Positions 11,074-24,760 of a stretch of DNA of 64,000 nucleotides are shown here, in pieces. Below the pieces are notes generated by a model that worked only from the letters and a program-made list of their open reading frames with translations, had not been told where the DNA came from and did not search any database. Numbering within the stretch: the first letter of the stretch is position 1; each line of letters opens with the position of its first letter. A program made the position numbers and the translations under genes. Source of the DNA: Octopus vulgaris (taxonomy: Eukaryota); assembly GCA_951406725.2 (NCBI GenBank), contig OX597822.1, positions 37,634,001-37,698,000 of the forward strand, written 5' to 3'.

Positions 11074-14000
11074 CTGAAATATAATATGAAAATATTTCAT
11101 AGAAGAACAGGGAAAGAGAGAATAAGAAAGTGTGTTTGGGGGTGGGTGAGAGACAAGTATGGCTTCAGGTTTGGTCCTACTGCGCAGCAACTTGGGTAAA
11201 GATTTCCTACTGACTAAAACTGTACAAGGCCTACCATGTGTGTGCGTGTATTTTGTAGCCTATTACCATGTAATATACAAACCTCTAATAATTATTTGGT
11301 GTGTGTGTGTGTGTGTGTGTATACCACATAAAAAAGCTCTCCTACTGGTGCCATGTAAAAATTACCCATGCTAGTGCCAGTGCCATGTAAGGAGCTCCTG
11401 TGTCGGTGCCACATAACAGGCACCTGAGCTGATGCCACGTAAAAAGCATCCAGCATGCAATGTAAAGTGGATGGTGTTAGGAAGGGTGTCCAGCTATAGA
11501 AGCCAAGCCAAAACAGACTGGATCCTGGTCCAGCTCTCCAGCTTACCGGCTCTGATCAAACTGTCCAATCCATGCCAGCATGGAAAATGGCTATCAAATG
11601 ATTATGATAATGATGATGATGATATATATTAAGTGAGCTTGTGTTTGTGTCTAAGAATAGGATGCTGAATAGCAGAATTAGTTGAACACCAGATAGAAAA
11701 ACTATGTATTTGGTTACAGGCATTTACGTTCTGAGGTCAAATCCTACTTAAGCCAACTTCACTTTTCATCCCTCCAAAAGAGTATTAAGTCCTGCAGTCA
11801 GTATAATTAAGTATACCGCTGAAGACAGTGCTCCAGCATGGCTGTAATTTAATGATTCAAATCAGTTGGAATTTTTATTTATTTATTTATTGATCCCCAC
11901 CAATAATTCTAGCCATGATTATTGTAGCAGTGCTTGTGTATACCAGTAGGGGTTTACTAATGGTAGTCTAAAACAATACAGAAGTTATACACCCTTTTGG
12001 GCATAACCCTGAAATAATTATCTCAACTGGGGTAAAAACTGTATCTGGTTAAACTAATATCAGTGATGCAGCCCTGCATACACACAGCCTCACCCCAACA
12101 CCCATCCCATGAGTTGAAAGGGTGAGCATCTAAGGGAGAAATAAAGGGAAAAAACCTTATGACCCACACTAGTTTTTCTGTTCACATTTGCACTCCATTC
12201 TACACTGAACCAGAAATACAAAGAAACAATAGTAAATTGGGAATCTGTAAAAAGGAGTGTGCAGCTAGCACTGAGCCATTTTTAAAAACTGAGACCATTA
12301 CCTCAGGTTGGGTTAACTTAGTTTAACTTAGTCTGAGTATCACTCACAAGGCTTTGGTCGACCTGAGGTTATAGAAGACACTTGGCCAAGGTGCCACACA
12401 GTGGGACTGAACCTGGAACCTTGCAGTTGTGAAGCAAGCTTCTTACCACACAGCCACACCTGCTCATTATTTTATTGGTGGTTAGCTGAAGGTGAAGTAC
12501 TTGGATTAACCTTCTACTTGAAGTAAAAATCCACAATACACAAGATATCGTTGATATCCTCTCAACCTAATCGACCTAGATCACAGTGGAAAAAGCTAGG
12601 AAAAATTATTGCAGACATGGAATACAAACAACAGCAACACCATCATTTAGCATCCATTTTCCATGATGGCATGAGTTAGACAATTTGACTGGAACTGGTA
12701 AGCTGGAGAACTGCACCAGTTCCAGTCTGATCTGGTTTGGTTTCTATGGCTGGATGCCCTTCCTAATGCCAACCACTCCAAGAGTGTAGTGGGTGCCTTT
12801 TATGTGTCACTGGCATGGGTGTCTTTTACACATCACCAACATGTCTTTTGTGCCTGTATCCTTACCAATTCTACAACTGGTGTTGCTTTTTTTTGTTTTT
12901 TTACATCTTTATAACTTGACAGTTTGGCAAAAGAGACCAAGAGAATAAGTACTAGACTTAAAATCAATGAGTACTAGTGTTGATTTATTTGACTAAACTC
13001 TTCAAGGTGGCTGCAGTCCAATGAGTGATGACATTAAAAGAAGAACCTATGTATGAGTGTAAACTTGGGTTCTTAACAATGTACAATGTCAAGACCAAAA
13101 TCATAAACTTGTTCCGAGTTCACCTTTGAGCTTGACTCTGAAAGACTAAGGCACACATTCCAAATCTGGAGCTAACAGAACAATTTCACCCCCACCCCCA
13201 CCTCACTAAGATTAAGTGTATAACAACACTATACAGTAAGTGCTGAGTTGTATTAATACTGTGCAGCATTTGTGTTTTGAATAACAACACAGTTTTGCAT
13301 TGGGAGTAATTTGGTTTTATATAAATAGGAGTAAACTGGGGAAAAAAAGGTTTTCCAGTGAGAAAACAGATGGATCTAATCAGGAAGTCATGCTTTTGAT
13401 ATTAGTTCCAGTGGTGGTTAAGGAAAGAAATACTGTCTGACTATTATATATATATATGCATATATGTATTTAAATCATAGGTTCTATGGCGCCATATGTA
13501 AATCGGATATTGTAAATAAGAGAAAGAAAAGACTAAGTGTTTTTTAGCAATGACAGTCGTTGCAACTTGTCAATGTCTAATGGAAGGCCCTAGGAGAAGG
13601 GGAATGTTGCATAAACAAATCCCAAACCTTAGTTTTTAGTAATGTATTTTTACTAGACAAAACCTAAATACAGCAGAGAGAAAGCCTGGAGAGCAAGAGC
13701 AAATGGCATTACTGAGTGAGGACAAACCTGTTATCTTCATATAATGGGAGTGGTTAACATTATAAGTTAACCTAGATTAATACGAAGTAAAGCATACAAC
13801 TCCGGTTACTATGGGTTATGTTTTTATTGGCTGGAATAGGTGGATATTTAATAAACAAACAACTATTTAAAAAAGTAAATATATAAAAATGCAGTAGTAG
13901 TAGTAGTAGTAGTTTCTAACATTGGTACAAGGCCACAAATTATTTGGGCGGGCGGTGGGAGCAGTCAATTATAGCTGACTGTAGTACTTATTTTCTCAAT

Positions 14001-14351
14001 CTTGGAAGATTGTATAAAAAGTCAAGTTGAACTCGACAGGAATTAAACTTAAAGGGTTGCACAGGGTGTAACTAAATACTAGAAAGCATTTCATCCCACG
14101 CTCTACTAATTCTGCAACTACAGCCACACAGCTTCAATAATAGTAGTAATAATAATAATAATAATAATAATGATAATAATAATAATAATAATAATAAATG
14201 CTCTGATGCAGTACCAGGCAGTGGCTCTTATGGCTTCTGATTGTAACTGATTGGAAGTGATATCATGTATGTGTTTTGCCTTGGTATAAAAGATGGGCTA
14301 CAGCAAATATTCTGTTCAATACCACAGATTTGCTTGCCAGTTGCTTGACTT

Positions 14352-15170
14352 TAACCAGCTGAGCATGTCCCTTGGTGGCTGACGATATGTGCATCTCTGA
14401 TCATAAGCAGAAGTAGTTGGGGAGGAGCATCATAGACATGTGTTGAGAGGGATTCTTTGGGGTTTGAATAATTCACCTCTGGAAACATGGGTGTTTTGTT
14501 CATCATCCTTAAACAACCCTTATTCAGGGACCTTTTGAGCAAGATGGGCTACTCAACCTGCAGAAAATTCTAACTGGGCCCCACCTGCAAGGTCATGTGC
14601 TATTTATCTTGATATGAGATCACTAAATCATGCACATATGGTTGTGATGCATGTGCTTGGTGTACCCTTATCAGATGGGTAGTCATGATGGGTATACTGG
14701 GCTTCGTATATTTTACCCCAGTGTGACTTCGATGGCAATGATGATAATAATAATAATAATAATAATAAAACCAGTTGAGCATGTCCCTTAGTGGCTGACG
14801 ATATGTGCATCTCTGATCACGAGCAGAAGTAGTGGGGGAGCATCATAGCCATGTGTTGAGAGGGATTCTTTGGGGTTTGAATAATTCACCTCTGGAAACA
14901 TGGGTGGTTCTTTCAACATCCTTAAACAACCCTTATTCAGGAACCTTTTGAGCGGGATGGGCTACTCAACCTGAAGAAAATTCTAACTGGGCCCCACCTG
15001 CAAGGTTATGTGCTGTTTATCTTGATATGAGATCACCATGTCGCGCACATATGGTTGTGATGCATGTGCCTGGTGTACCCTTATCAGACGGGTAGTCATG
15101 ATGGGTATATTGGGCTTCATATATTTTACCCCAGTGTCACTTTGATGGCATGAACTGCTCTCTCACTCAA
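14352..15170. repeat. Tandem duplication of a ~390-bp retroposon-like segment separated by (AAT)n
   Basis: AACCAG(C/T)TGAGCATGTCCCTT...TTTGATGGCA repeated at about 14352 and 14769. Confidence 0.85.
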
Positions 15171-15194
15171 TAATAATAATAATGATAATGATAA

Positions 15195-16540
15195 TAATTT
15201 CTATTATAGGCACAAGGCCTGAAATTTTATGGGAAGGAGGCTAGTTTATCACATGAACCTCCATATTCAGCTGGTACTTATTTTATCAACCCCAAAAGAA
15301 TGAAAGGCAAAGCTGACCTTGGCGGTATTTGAACTAAGAACGTGAAGATGGATGAAATGCCACAAAGCATTTTGAATGGCACGCTAACAATTTAGCTCAC
15401 CGTCTTATCAATGGTTTCAAATTTTGGCACAAGGTCAGTAATTTTAAGGAGTTGGAGTTGAATTAGTTACAGTGACCCTGATGTTCAACTGATACTTTAT
15501 TTTATCGACCCTAAAAGGATGAAACGCAAAGTCAGCCCTGGAGGTATTTGAACTCAGAATGTAAAGAACTGGAAGAAATGTTTCTTAGCATTCTGTTCAA
15601 TTTATTAATGATTTTCACCAGCTTCATAAAAATCCTTTCTACTATAGGCACAATGCCTGAAATTTTGGGGGGAGGAGACTAGTCGATTACATTGAAGTAA
15701 GTACTAAACTGGTACTTATTTTATCAACTCTAAAAGGATGAAAAGCAAAGTCAGCCTTGACATAATTTGAACTCAGAATGTAAAGACGGACAAAATACCG
15801 CTAAGCATTTTGCCCGGCATGCTAACGATTCTTATTTCTTTATTGTCCACAAAAGGCTAAACATAGAGGGGACAAACAAGGACAGACAAAGGGATTAAGT
15901 CGATTACATCAACCCAGTGCATAACTGGTACTTAATTTAGCAACCCTGAAAGGATGAAAGGCAAAGTCGACCTCAGTGGAATTTGAACTCAGAACATAAC
16001 GGCAGACGAAATATTGCTAAGCATTTCATCTGGTGTGCTAACGTTTCTCTCAACTTGCCGCCTGGCATGCTAACGATTTTGCTAGCTTGACACCTTCAAT
16101 GACTTCATAATAATGATAGTGATGATGCTGATGATGATCCTTTTGGGGAGAGGGGACTAGTCTATTACATCAACATTGGTACTCAACTGGTACTTACTTG
16201 ATCGATTCCAAAAGGATGGCAGACAAAGTTAACCTCAGCAATATTTGAACTCACAACGTAAACAGCTGGAAGAAATGCTACTAAGCATTCTGTTTAAAAC
16301 ATTAATGATTCTCACAGCTCAATGCCTTCACAACAATGATGATGATGATGATTTCAATAATATTGGTTTCAAATTTCGGTACAAGGTCAGAAATTTTAGA
16401 AGGAGACAGGATTAAAGACTTATAGTTGACCTTGGAAGATTAAAATAAATAAAATCAAATTCAATGGAAATTTAACTCAATGCGCCGTGGGATGTAATTG
16501 AACTCCACAAGACATTTCATTACATGTTCTACTGTTTCTC
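15195..16540 (-). mobile_element. Head-to-tail cluster of 5-6 family-B SINEs
   Basis: GGATGAAAGGCAAAGTC...ATTTGAACTCAGAA unit recurs about every 220 bp in the same orientation. Confidence 0.78.
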
Positions 16541-17956
16541 TCATTATAGCAAGATTGAAAACTTAATATCATAAGGGCAATGGATGGGAAACATTATACG
16601 AAGTTTCTTTATGTGGCGAGAGAGAGAGAGAGAGAGATAGCAAGATGACAAGGGGACAATGTGAAATAAGGAAATTTGCCATAAACAGCTTGAAGCAATT
16701 CTAATAACAAATAATAGCATTGAAAGTATATGATGATGATAATGAATAAATAGAGAGGAGAGAGAGAGATAATCTGTGTGTATAATATATATACACACAT
16801 ATATTTATGTGTGATGGGCTTCTTTCAGTTTCCATCAAACAAACACCTCAAGGTTTTGGTCAATCTAGGGCTACAGTAAATGACACCAGGCCAAAATGCC
16901 TTGCAGTGGGACCGAACCTGCAACCATGTGGTTGGGTAGCAAACTTCTTACTCCACAGCCATGCCTACATCTACACTGCATACATTTATAGAAGGTACAT
17001 TAGTGCAGTTTACAGAATACCACACTGATGGTATATTAGTCAAGATTACTGTGTGCTACAGAGACAGCATATTAGTGGGGTTTATAGTATATTTTAGAGA
17101 GGGTATATGATTGTGGCCCGCAATGGTTGTAGCAGTCACATATAGGGTACACAGTGAGGGTACACTGGTGTGCTTATAGTGTACTTGAGATGCTGACTGG
17201 TTGAAAAGTTTAAGATTGTTGCTGTGGATAGAAACTTGGCTATTTTGCTTTGCTTATGTTTTGCTATACAAAAGACAAACAGGCAAGGGCATTATGGGAG
17301 TGGTGTATAGAAAGATATCAGATATGTATGGTAGATTTTTGTAAATATACTTGAATTGCACATGGCTACATGGTTGATAGTGATGGTGGTGGTGATCGTT
17401 GTCTGTTTTTCTCATAGGAGTTAACACCCAAATGTTTGTTTTTCTTTCAGATTAAAAAAACTGATTGTAAAATAAATATGTTTATTTACATTAGAATTCA
17501 CATCCTATACATATTCTTATGAAAACCAAATGGCTTAACTGATTCATATTAAATGTCATAGCTTTATAAAACATTATTATGAGAGGTGCAAGCATAGTTG
17601 TGTGGTTAAGGAGGTTGCCTTCCAAACATGTGGTCTTGGGTTCAGTTCCACAGAGTGGCATCTTGGGTAAATGTCTGATGTGTGTATATACATGTACATC
17701 TTGGATATGATATTAAAAAGCATCCAGTGGTGAGGCTCCAGTTCAGGGGTTCTAGAGTTGAGGAGCACGTAATGACCCCTTTTTTCCATGTAAAAAAGCT
17801 GCCTTGTCAAATTTTGTCTGACCCATGCAAGCATAGAAATGTACTAAATGATGATATTGTAAGCAGCCACAAATATGACATATACAATATGGGTGGTTTC
17901 TTTTTTTGCTACTTGGATCAGATGACAAAGGAGTGTAAGTGTGGAAACACTCACAA

Positions 17957-18106
17957 CACTAGTGTAGCTGGGGAGGTCGGTAGGGGCAGTTGTCCCCGAA
18001 CAACACTTTTGGGTCTACTGTAGGCAATATGTATATTTTTTGTGGGGTCCAGGGGCAGCAAATGGAAGGGCCACCCTGGGCGGCACACACTCTAACTATG
18101 CTAGTG
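17957..18106. mobile_element. hAT-like MITE
   Basis: Imperfect TIR CACTAG(TG/CA)TAG; 8-bp TSD ACTCACAA/ACTCCTAA (6/8). Confidence 0.55.
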
Positions 18107-19097
18107 ACTCCTAACCCAAACCAGCAATGGAAACTGTTGTATGGGGAATCTGTACATCCCTGTGATTGGCTAAGTGAACTATACTAAGTTAGTATAAATG
18201 AGCATGCACAGAACAGTCTGAGAAGAGTGTCATATGCACAGTCATAATGTACAGGTTGTAGAAATTATTGTTGAGTGCTTGTTGAAGATACATGGTTGGA
18301 AAGTAATAAGAGAACATCAGGAACATTTGAGGTTATAACAGTTCAGATATAACAGTGACAAGTTGTACATCATATCAGAAATGTAGACATGACAATGAAG
18401 AGAGTGATCATCACCAGAGTAATGGTGGATGGAAAAATCAGTAGATCGCCGAAGAAAGTACCTTGTGTTATTTAATGATGTCATGTTATGTTTCAAGTTC
18501 AAATTCTGTAGAGGTCTCACTTTGCTTTTCATCCTTCTAGGGCTTGATAAAATTGATTAAACCTTCCCCACTACCAAAATCATCATCAGGGACGTGGAAA
18601 GCAGAGTGTCAAAGGAAAATGCCTTGCAGTATTTAGTTAGTTGCCTTTACATTGTGAGTTCAAATCCCACCAAAGCTGACTTTACACACCACCCTTCCAG
18701 GATTGAAAAAATAAAATCCTGTCAAGTTTTGAGATCAATTCAAACATATCTAATAATATATTGTACCCAGTTCTTTTCTTCCACAATCATTTTTTTATCA
18801 TCATTTTAATGCACACTTTTCCATGCTTGCATGAGTCAGATGGAATTCACTGAGGCAGATATTTCATGGCTGGATGCCCTTGCTGTTGTCAATTCCAACT
18901 TGTTTCTAAGTAAGATAAATATTTCCCATGACCAAACATGTTCTCAGAGAACACTGGAGATGAATGACATTTACAACAATAACATGATATATTCAGGAAA
19001 GTTTTGAAGTTAGTTTAATTAACCAAACCAAAATCACCATCATTTAACGTCTGTCTCCCATGCTGGACCCTTTGATTACTATTCTATTTTGGTGGAA

Positions 19098-19312
19098 AGG
19101 CAGCAAACTGGCAAAAACATTAGCACACTGGGTGAAATGTTTAGTAGTATTTTGTCTGTCTTTACATTCTGAGTTCAAATTCTGCCGAGGTCGACTTTGC
19201 CTTTCATCCTTTCAGGGTCGATAAATTAAGTACCAGTTGCATACTGGGGTGAATCTAATCGACTGCTCCTCACTCCCCCAAAATTTCGGGCCTTGTGCCT
19301 AGGGTAGAAAAA
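19098..19312 (+). mobile_element. tRNA-derived SINE, family B (other copies at about 92-300, 20033-20240, 26672-26880, 32805-32970, 33240-33455)
   Basis: B-box GAGTTCAAATTC; conserved GAGGTCGACTTTGCCTTTCATCC and GGCCTTGTGCCTA; many copies. Confidence 0.8.
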
Positions 19313-20911
19313 ATTCTATTTTGGTGGACTCTCATAGCCATTCTATGTTTAAAAGCTAGTTTTATAGATACTTCTTTCCAAATTCCCATTTTTTTCACAT
19401 ATTCACTTGTGCAGAATTCCAATATCACTCTCTGAGAGAACACGTTTCAGTGGCAGGAAACATGATGATGATCATCATCCAGTGTTTTAAATCAGGGTTT
19501 TGTCCCTGTTAAAGGGGGGGGGGCTGATCTACCTCAATGCCATAGCAACTGAGACAGGCAGGTGCAGCCCACCCCAACCTTTGGGCTGGCTGGTGCCTAT
19601 TCTCCCTTGCTATCATGAGGCTTTTTTGGAGCTGGATTTTCTACGGGGAGCATGCCCTTGCTTACCCCCAACCCCAGTTTCTAGACATGAGTGGTCCCGA
19701 GACCAAGACCTCTACCACGATTTTTAAGAAATGTGGTGGAAAACTAGCTCAGGAAGGCAAGGATGCTACTCTCTGGGACCCATTTCAGAACCCCCACCAC
19801 CACCTATGAACTATGTAAAACATTAAAGAAAGAAACCTAGCTGTTTCTGTCATGTATAAATACATCTAGTACAAAATCTTTTCATGGGCCCTTAAAATAC
19901 CACAATTGATCCCCAATTTACTGTTGTGTATGCATGTCCCCCCCCCCCCATCTTATATGGACTCTGGTTGAGAATCACTACTGTAGAGTTATTAGAGTTT
20001 AGATCTATTTGTAACACTTTGCTGCCAATATTCTTTTCTACTCTAGGCACAAGGCCCGAAATTTCGGGGTAGAGGGCCAGTTGATTAGATTGACTCCAGT
20101 ATGCAACTGGTACTTAATTTATCAATCCCAAAAGGATGAAAGGCAAAGTTGACCTCGGTGGAATTTCAATTCAGAACATACAGACGAAATACTGCTAAGC
20201 ATTTCGCCCTGCATGCTAACATTTTTGCCAACTCACTGCCCTAAATATTGTCTGTGAACTTATTCTAGCTACAGTCTTAATTTTTGTTGAATAAAAATAA
20301 AACACTTCCATTGCCACCATCATCATTTTATCTGTTTTTGATGCAGGCATAGGTTGGACAAGTTATCACAGTAAAAGCCAGTTCTTATTTGTTGACCTAG
20401 GCCCCAAGTCCACAAAAACTTTCTACTAATTCTTTAACTGTTCACAATATGAAAAGTGGGTTAACAGCTGGTTCCAAACTTCTCTGGTTATGGACTAGAA
20501 CTACAATAAACAGGAAGGGACTGAAAGCTGAGCCTTGATAAGTATTCTCCTACACACTGAATTCTCACTCACCCTGCTGACAGCATATCTGCACACAACT
20601 TGTCCAGCTCTCGTAAGCCTCTGCATAATATTCTTAGCAATCACCAGACCAGAGCTTCCTACTCTGTCAAAGAATTTCCCCCACTCAATGAATGCTAGAT
20701 ATTCTTTCATCTGTTTCAGTCATTTCTCTGTGGCCATGCTGGAGCACCACCTTTAGTCGAACAAATCAACCCCAGGACTTATTCTTTATAAGCCTAGTAC
20801 TTATTCTATCAGATCTCTTTTGCCAAACTGCTAAGTTACAGGGACGTAAACACAACATCAGTTGTGAAGCAACAGTGGGGGGGGGGGGGGTCACAAACAT
20901 ATATATATATA

Positions 20912-21138
20912 TTGGGTTGGTGCATAATTATTTTGCAGCTTTTTTCAACAAATTTTATTCAACAAAAACATCTTAAATGATGGTCTGACCATCTGCCAAG
21001 CAGATGGGAAGCAGTAATTGAAGTAGATGGTGAATATGAACCGGAATAGTCATTTAAAGATGTTTTTGTTACATATTGTTATTGTTTTTGTTGAATAAAA
21101 TTTGTTGAAAAAAGCTGCAATAATTATGCACAACCCAA
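20912..21138 (+). mobile_element. Internally deleted mariner element (MITE) in a TA run
   Basis: ~50-bp TIR TTGGGTTG(G)TGCATAATTATT..GCAGCTTTTTTCAACAAATTTTATTCAACAAAAACA; interior encodes LPSRWEAVIEVDGEY, a mariner C-terminus. Confidence 0.82.
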
Positions 21139-22435
21139 TATATATATATTGGCCTGCTCGCTTAGCCAGCGGGGTGGCGTCATTTGAAGGCTAAAACAAT
21201 GCAAAGCGCATTGTGACCAGCAATGTGTAGCAACATCTGATAGCCAGGTCAGTCACGGTGATCACGGTGATCATGGTGATATATATATATATATATATAC
21301 ATACACAATGGACTTCTTTCAGTTTCCGTCTACCAAATCCACTCACAAGGTTTCGGTTGGTCTTAGGCTTAGCAGAAGACACTTGCCCAAGGTGCCATGC
21401 AGTGGGACTGAATCTGGAACCATATGGTTACCACACAGCCATTCCTGCTAGATATAGTAAACATTTATTAATGACAGAAGCAGTATTAATATTGAGAGTT
21501 AATTATTTATCACCATTTTGACAGTATATTCTGTCAGAACAAAGTATACAACGGTAGTTACCATGAGAGAAAATACTATGAGGGTTTCTCTCATGATAAC
21601 TGGTGCAGTATAGTTTGTTCTAACAACATCCACACTTAAGTGGGGACAAATATCACCTTGCACTAGGCATGGTGGTTAGCTCTTAGCTAAAAAAAGGTCT
21701 GCGTTTCTCTCATGAAAAAAAGGGCACCAGTGGTTCTCTGACAGTGCTCAAACCCACGCTGTGTCTACATATCTACATATATTTAAGTTAACTATTTTTC
21801 TCCATCACTTAAATTTGCTAGAGAGGCATTCATCAGATGACATATTAACGAAGACATAATTTCAATATTTGATCAACAAACAAATTGACCAACATTGGTT
21901 AATTATTTTTTAATACAAAACCTAACATTGCTTATGGCCGTTTCGTCTGCCAATGTCAGTCAGAGTCTACAAAGAAAATTCCGAAAATAATATTCGTCAT
22001 CTTTATAGAACATTTGATCTGGTACATGGAGCTTCATCAGTGTGAATACAAATACATAAAATAAAAGCAGGGAAGAGGAAAGAACAGGACCTCGAGATGA
22101 GGCCAAAAGGCTCAATATATTAGAATCATAATATTTTGCAGTATGAAGCTTAAAGTCAATGGGAAAAGAGTAAACTAGCAAATAATCAAGAGAAATGATT
22201 TGTGGGTTATCTCTTTTTATAGGGGTACTAGGGTGTGCCTGTATACCCATGTCCTGGGTTAACATTTTTAATTGATACCAGTAGTAAGAACAGGTATGCT
22301 TGTCCCTTAGATGGTTATTACAACCACTTAGTCTCACAAGGTTTTGGTTAGCCTGAGGCTATAGTAGAAGACACTGGCCAAGGTGCCACACAGAAGGACT
22401 GAATCCAGAAAATTATGGTTGGGAAGAAGCAAGCT

Positions 22436-22467
<32 letters not shown>

Positions 22468-24245
22468 GGCAGAGTTATGATGTATATGATCAATATATCT
22501 ATCTATCTATATATATATATATATATATCGATTATGTATTTGGTTTGAAGGATTCTTGAAGTAAATTCGTGAGCTGAAGCAAATTTTGTTGTGCATTGGG
22601 TGAGTCATAACGTCAATAATAACACTGGTTCGATTCCACTTCTTTATTGTTAATCAATTGATTACATGCCCAACCTACTATCAGCGCATCAAACAAACAA
22701 TCGAGTAGTCAGGTGGTTGGGCATCTAACCAATTGACTAACAATAAAGAAGTGGAATCGAACCTCTGTGTGTGGGTGTGTGTGTGTAAAAAAAAAATAAG
22801 ATAATAGTTTGGTCCGGGCTCAATCCTGAACGGTGTAGCCCTCTTTAATCAAAGAAATTCCAAAAAGTGGCCATCCTGTTTTTTCCTTATCTGTAAGAAA
22901 CCTAGGACCATATTATCCAACTTGTTTTTAAAGACGCTAGGCTGTGATTTGAATGAGATTTGGTCGATTTTTCTAGCAAGTCAAGAGTCCGCATAGAGGC
23001 TACTTCGTTGACTCTAAAGATCACAGGCAGTAAGATAGGATACCTTGGGAGTTTAAGTTCCGAAAATTTAAGGGTTTAGGCTACAAATATGTCGATAGAA
23101 TGGTTAATATAAAGATCGACTCCCTATATTAACTTATAGAATTTAATATTTTTAATTACTTTTCAGTAGCTATTTCGTAACGTTTGAACGTTTTAAACAT
23201 CAGCCTTTACGCTGTCTTGGTTTCCTAAACGGCTAAAAGACTTTCAGCCATGCCCATCCAGTCTTTTCTTGATATAATTACAGTTCAGGGCTGCACTCCT
23301 CCAACCAGATTTTGTTTCTTTGAAACTATTTTTTAAAAAATGGATACTTTTTTACATGTGTAAAGGGATCGATCAACTTATTTTCCTTTTAGAAAATTTC
23401 CTCTCGGATCTTAAAACTCTGGAATATCCATGTTTTATTTTAACATTGGTCAAGTTTATATAGAACTCAGTTCTAGTATTGCAACCCCACCATCTCAGTA
23501 TATCACTGGGATGCAAGAGCCTGTACATGGTCGCTCGAGGGAGTTGTCAATATATCCCTTAAAAAAAGACACCAAAAAGAAATTATGCAAACTGGACAAT
23601 ATAACACGAGATATCGCCAAAAAAGACAGAATGGTCACGGGGATGGAACACACCTTTGATCATAATCTGCTCATTCGGAGATGACACGAGGCTAAACAAC
23701 CACTGGGGTTTTATTTTATCGACCCTGGAAGAATTTGAACCAAATGCGTAAAATGATATAATTACAAACAAAAAGATAGAAATATGATTTTGTTTATATC
23801 ATAAATGTACGACACAAACCGGATATTTTGGGAAATAATAATAATAATAATAATACACAAGCGGTTAAAATCGATCTCAGTAGTTCAGTGGGGTTTTATG
23901 TGGCGGTGTTTCATGTCATATACACGCAACAGTGACATCTTGATCTTATTTACAATAATAGCCGATAAAGTGTTAATCACATTTAACACAGAGTATTAAA
24001 AAGCTGATTAGAAACGATTATAGCGCAATCCTTTATAGACAAGAATAGTTAACTGGAATTGAGAATCATAATAATGTTAAGAAAGGGTTGTTAGAAATAA
24101 ACTATAAAAACATATTCGATGAGTTTTATGATCAAATAGCTAAAGTGTAATGAATAATAATAATAATACATACAAAAATCATGATGAAAATATGAAATTT
24201 AAATATTGTTATAGAAGAGATATATTTTGTAAGAAATCAACGAAC

Positions 24246-24396
24246 CTTTTTCCTCGTTCGTTTGCCGGTCTTTAACGATCCAAATATCCTGAATGGAACC
24301 GAATTTACTAAAACATTTGTGATATTCATCTTTAGAGATTCCTTTACCGGCGATAATAAAGAGGCGGCTGTTTGGTGGGTAGCGGTGGTTAGCCAT
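24246..24396 (-). CDS. RBM45: RNA-binding protein 45, coding exon 1 (RRM1 N-half)
   Basis: ATG at 24396; MANHRYPPNSRLFIIAGKGISKDEYHKCFSKFGSIQDIWIVKDRQTNEEK-G resembles the vertebrate RBM45 start (PPNSRIF...FGDIQDIWVVRDK.T.ESKG); donor G|GTTCG, phase 1 (151 nt). Confidence 0.92.
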
Positions 24397-24399
24397 CTG

Positions 24400-24760
24400 C
24401 TGCTTTGTGTATGATCTAACAGTGAAGTTATATATAAATATAGATGTATAATATATACAGCAGTGTGTGCGTGTATAATAATGTATTAGATAGACAAATA
24501 TAGGACAGTTAATGTAAAAGTACGTTGATCAAAAAAAGCTTCTTTCGTCTGTAATGAAGTTAAGAGCGACTGACACAAATCTCGTACAACAGACGAGAAT
24601 CTCGTTAATTACTGTTACTCTGCGAGATTTGTTTGAATTACAATGTCGTTGATATTTTCCCTCTATTGTGTTGGTGGTAAAAGTAACGAATTCGATATCG
24701 TTATAGCGTCGGATAGATTACTTTGTTTACGTTATAAGTTTAAATCCTACCGAGGCAACT
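24400..24760 (-). promoter_or_regulatory. RBM45 5'UTR/promoter region
   Basis: CpG-richer, repeat-poor DNA immediately upstream of the ATG; TCTCG/CGAGA-like half sites at 24580-24628. Confidence 0.4.

Noticed and set aside
21556-21601. 17-bp inverted repeat resembling a terminator or pre-miRNA
   Set aside because: It is too short for a pre-miRNA, bacterial terminators are irrelevant here, and nothing else supports it.
21960-22337. 125-aa minus-strand ORF within RBM45 intron 1
   Set aside because: It starts inside a SINE, has no recognisable domain and no fitting splice sites; RBM45 exons 1 and 2 already join in phase.
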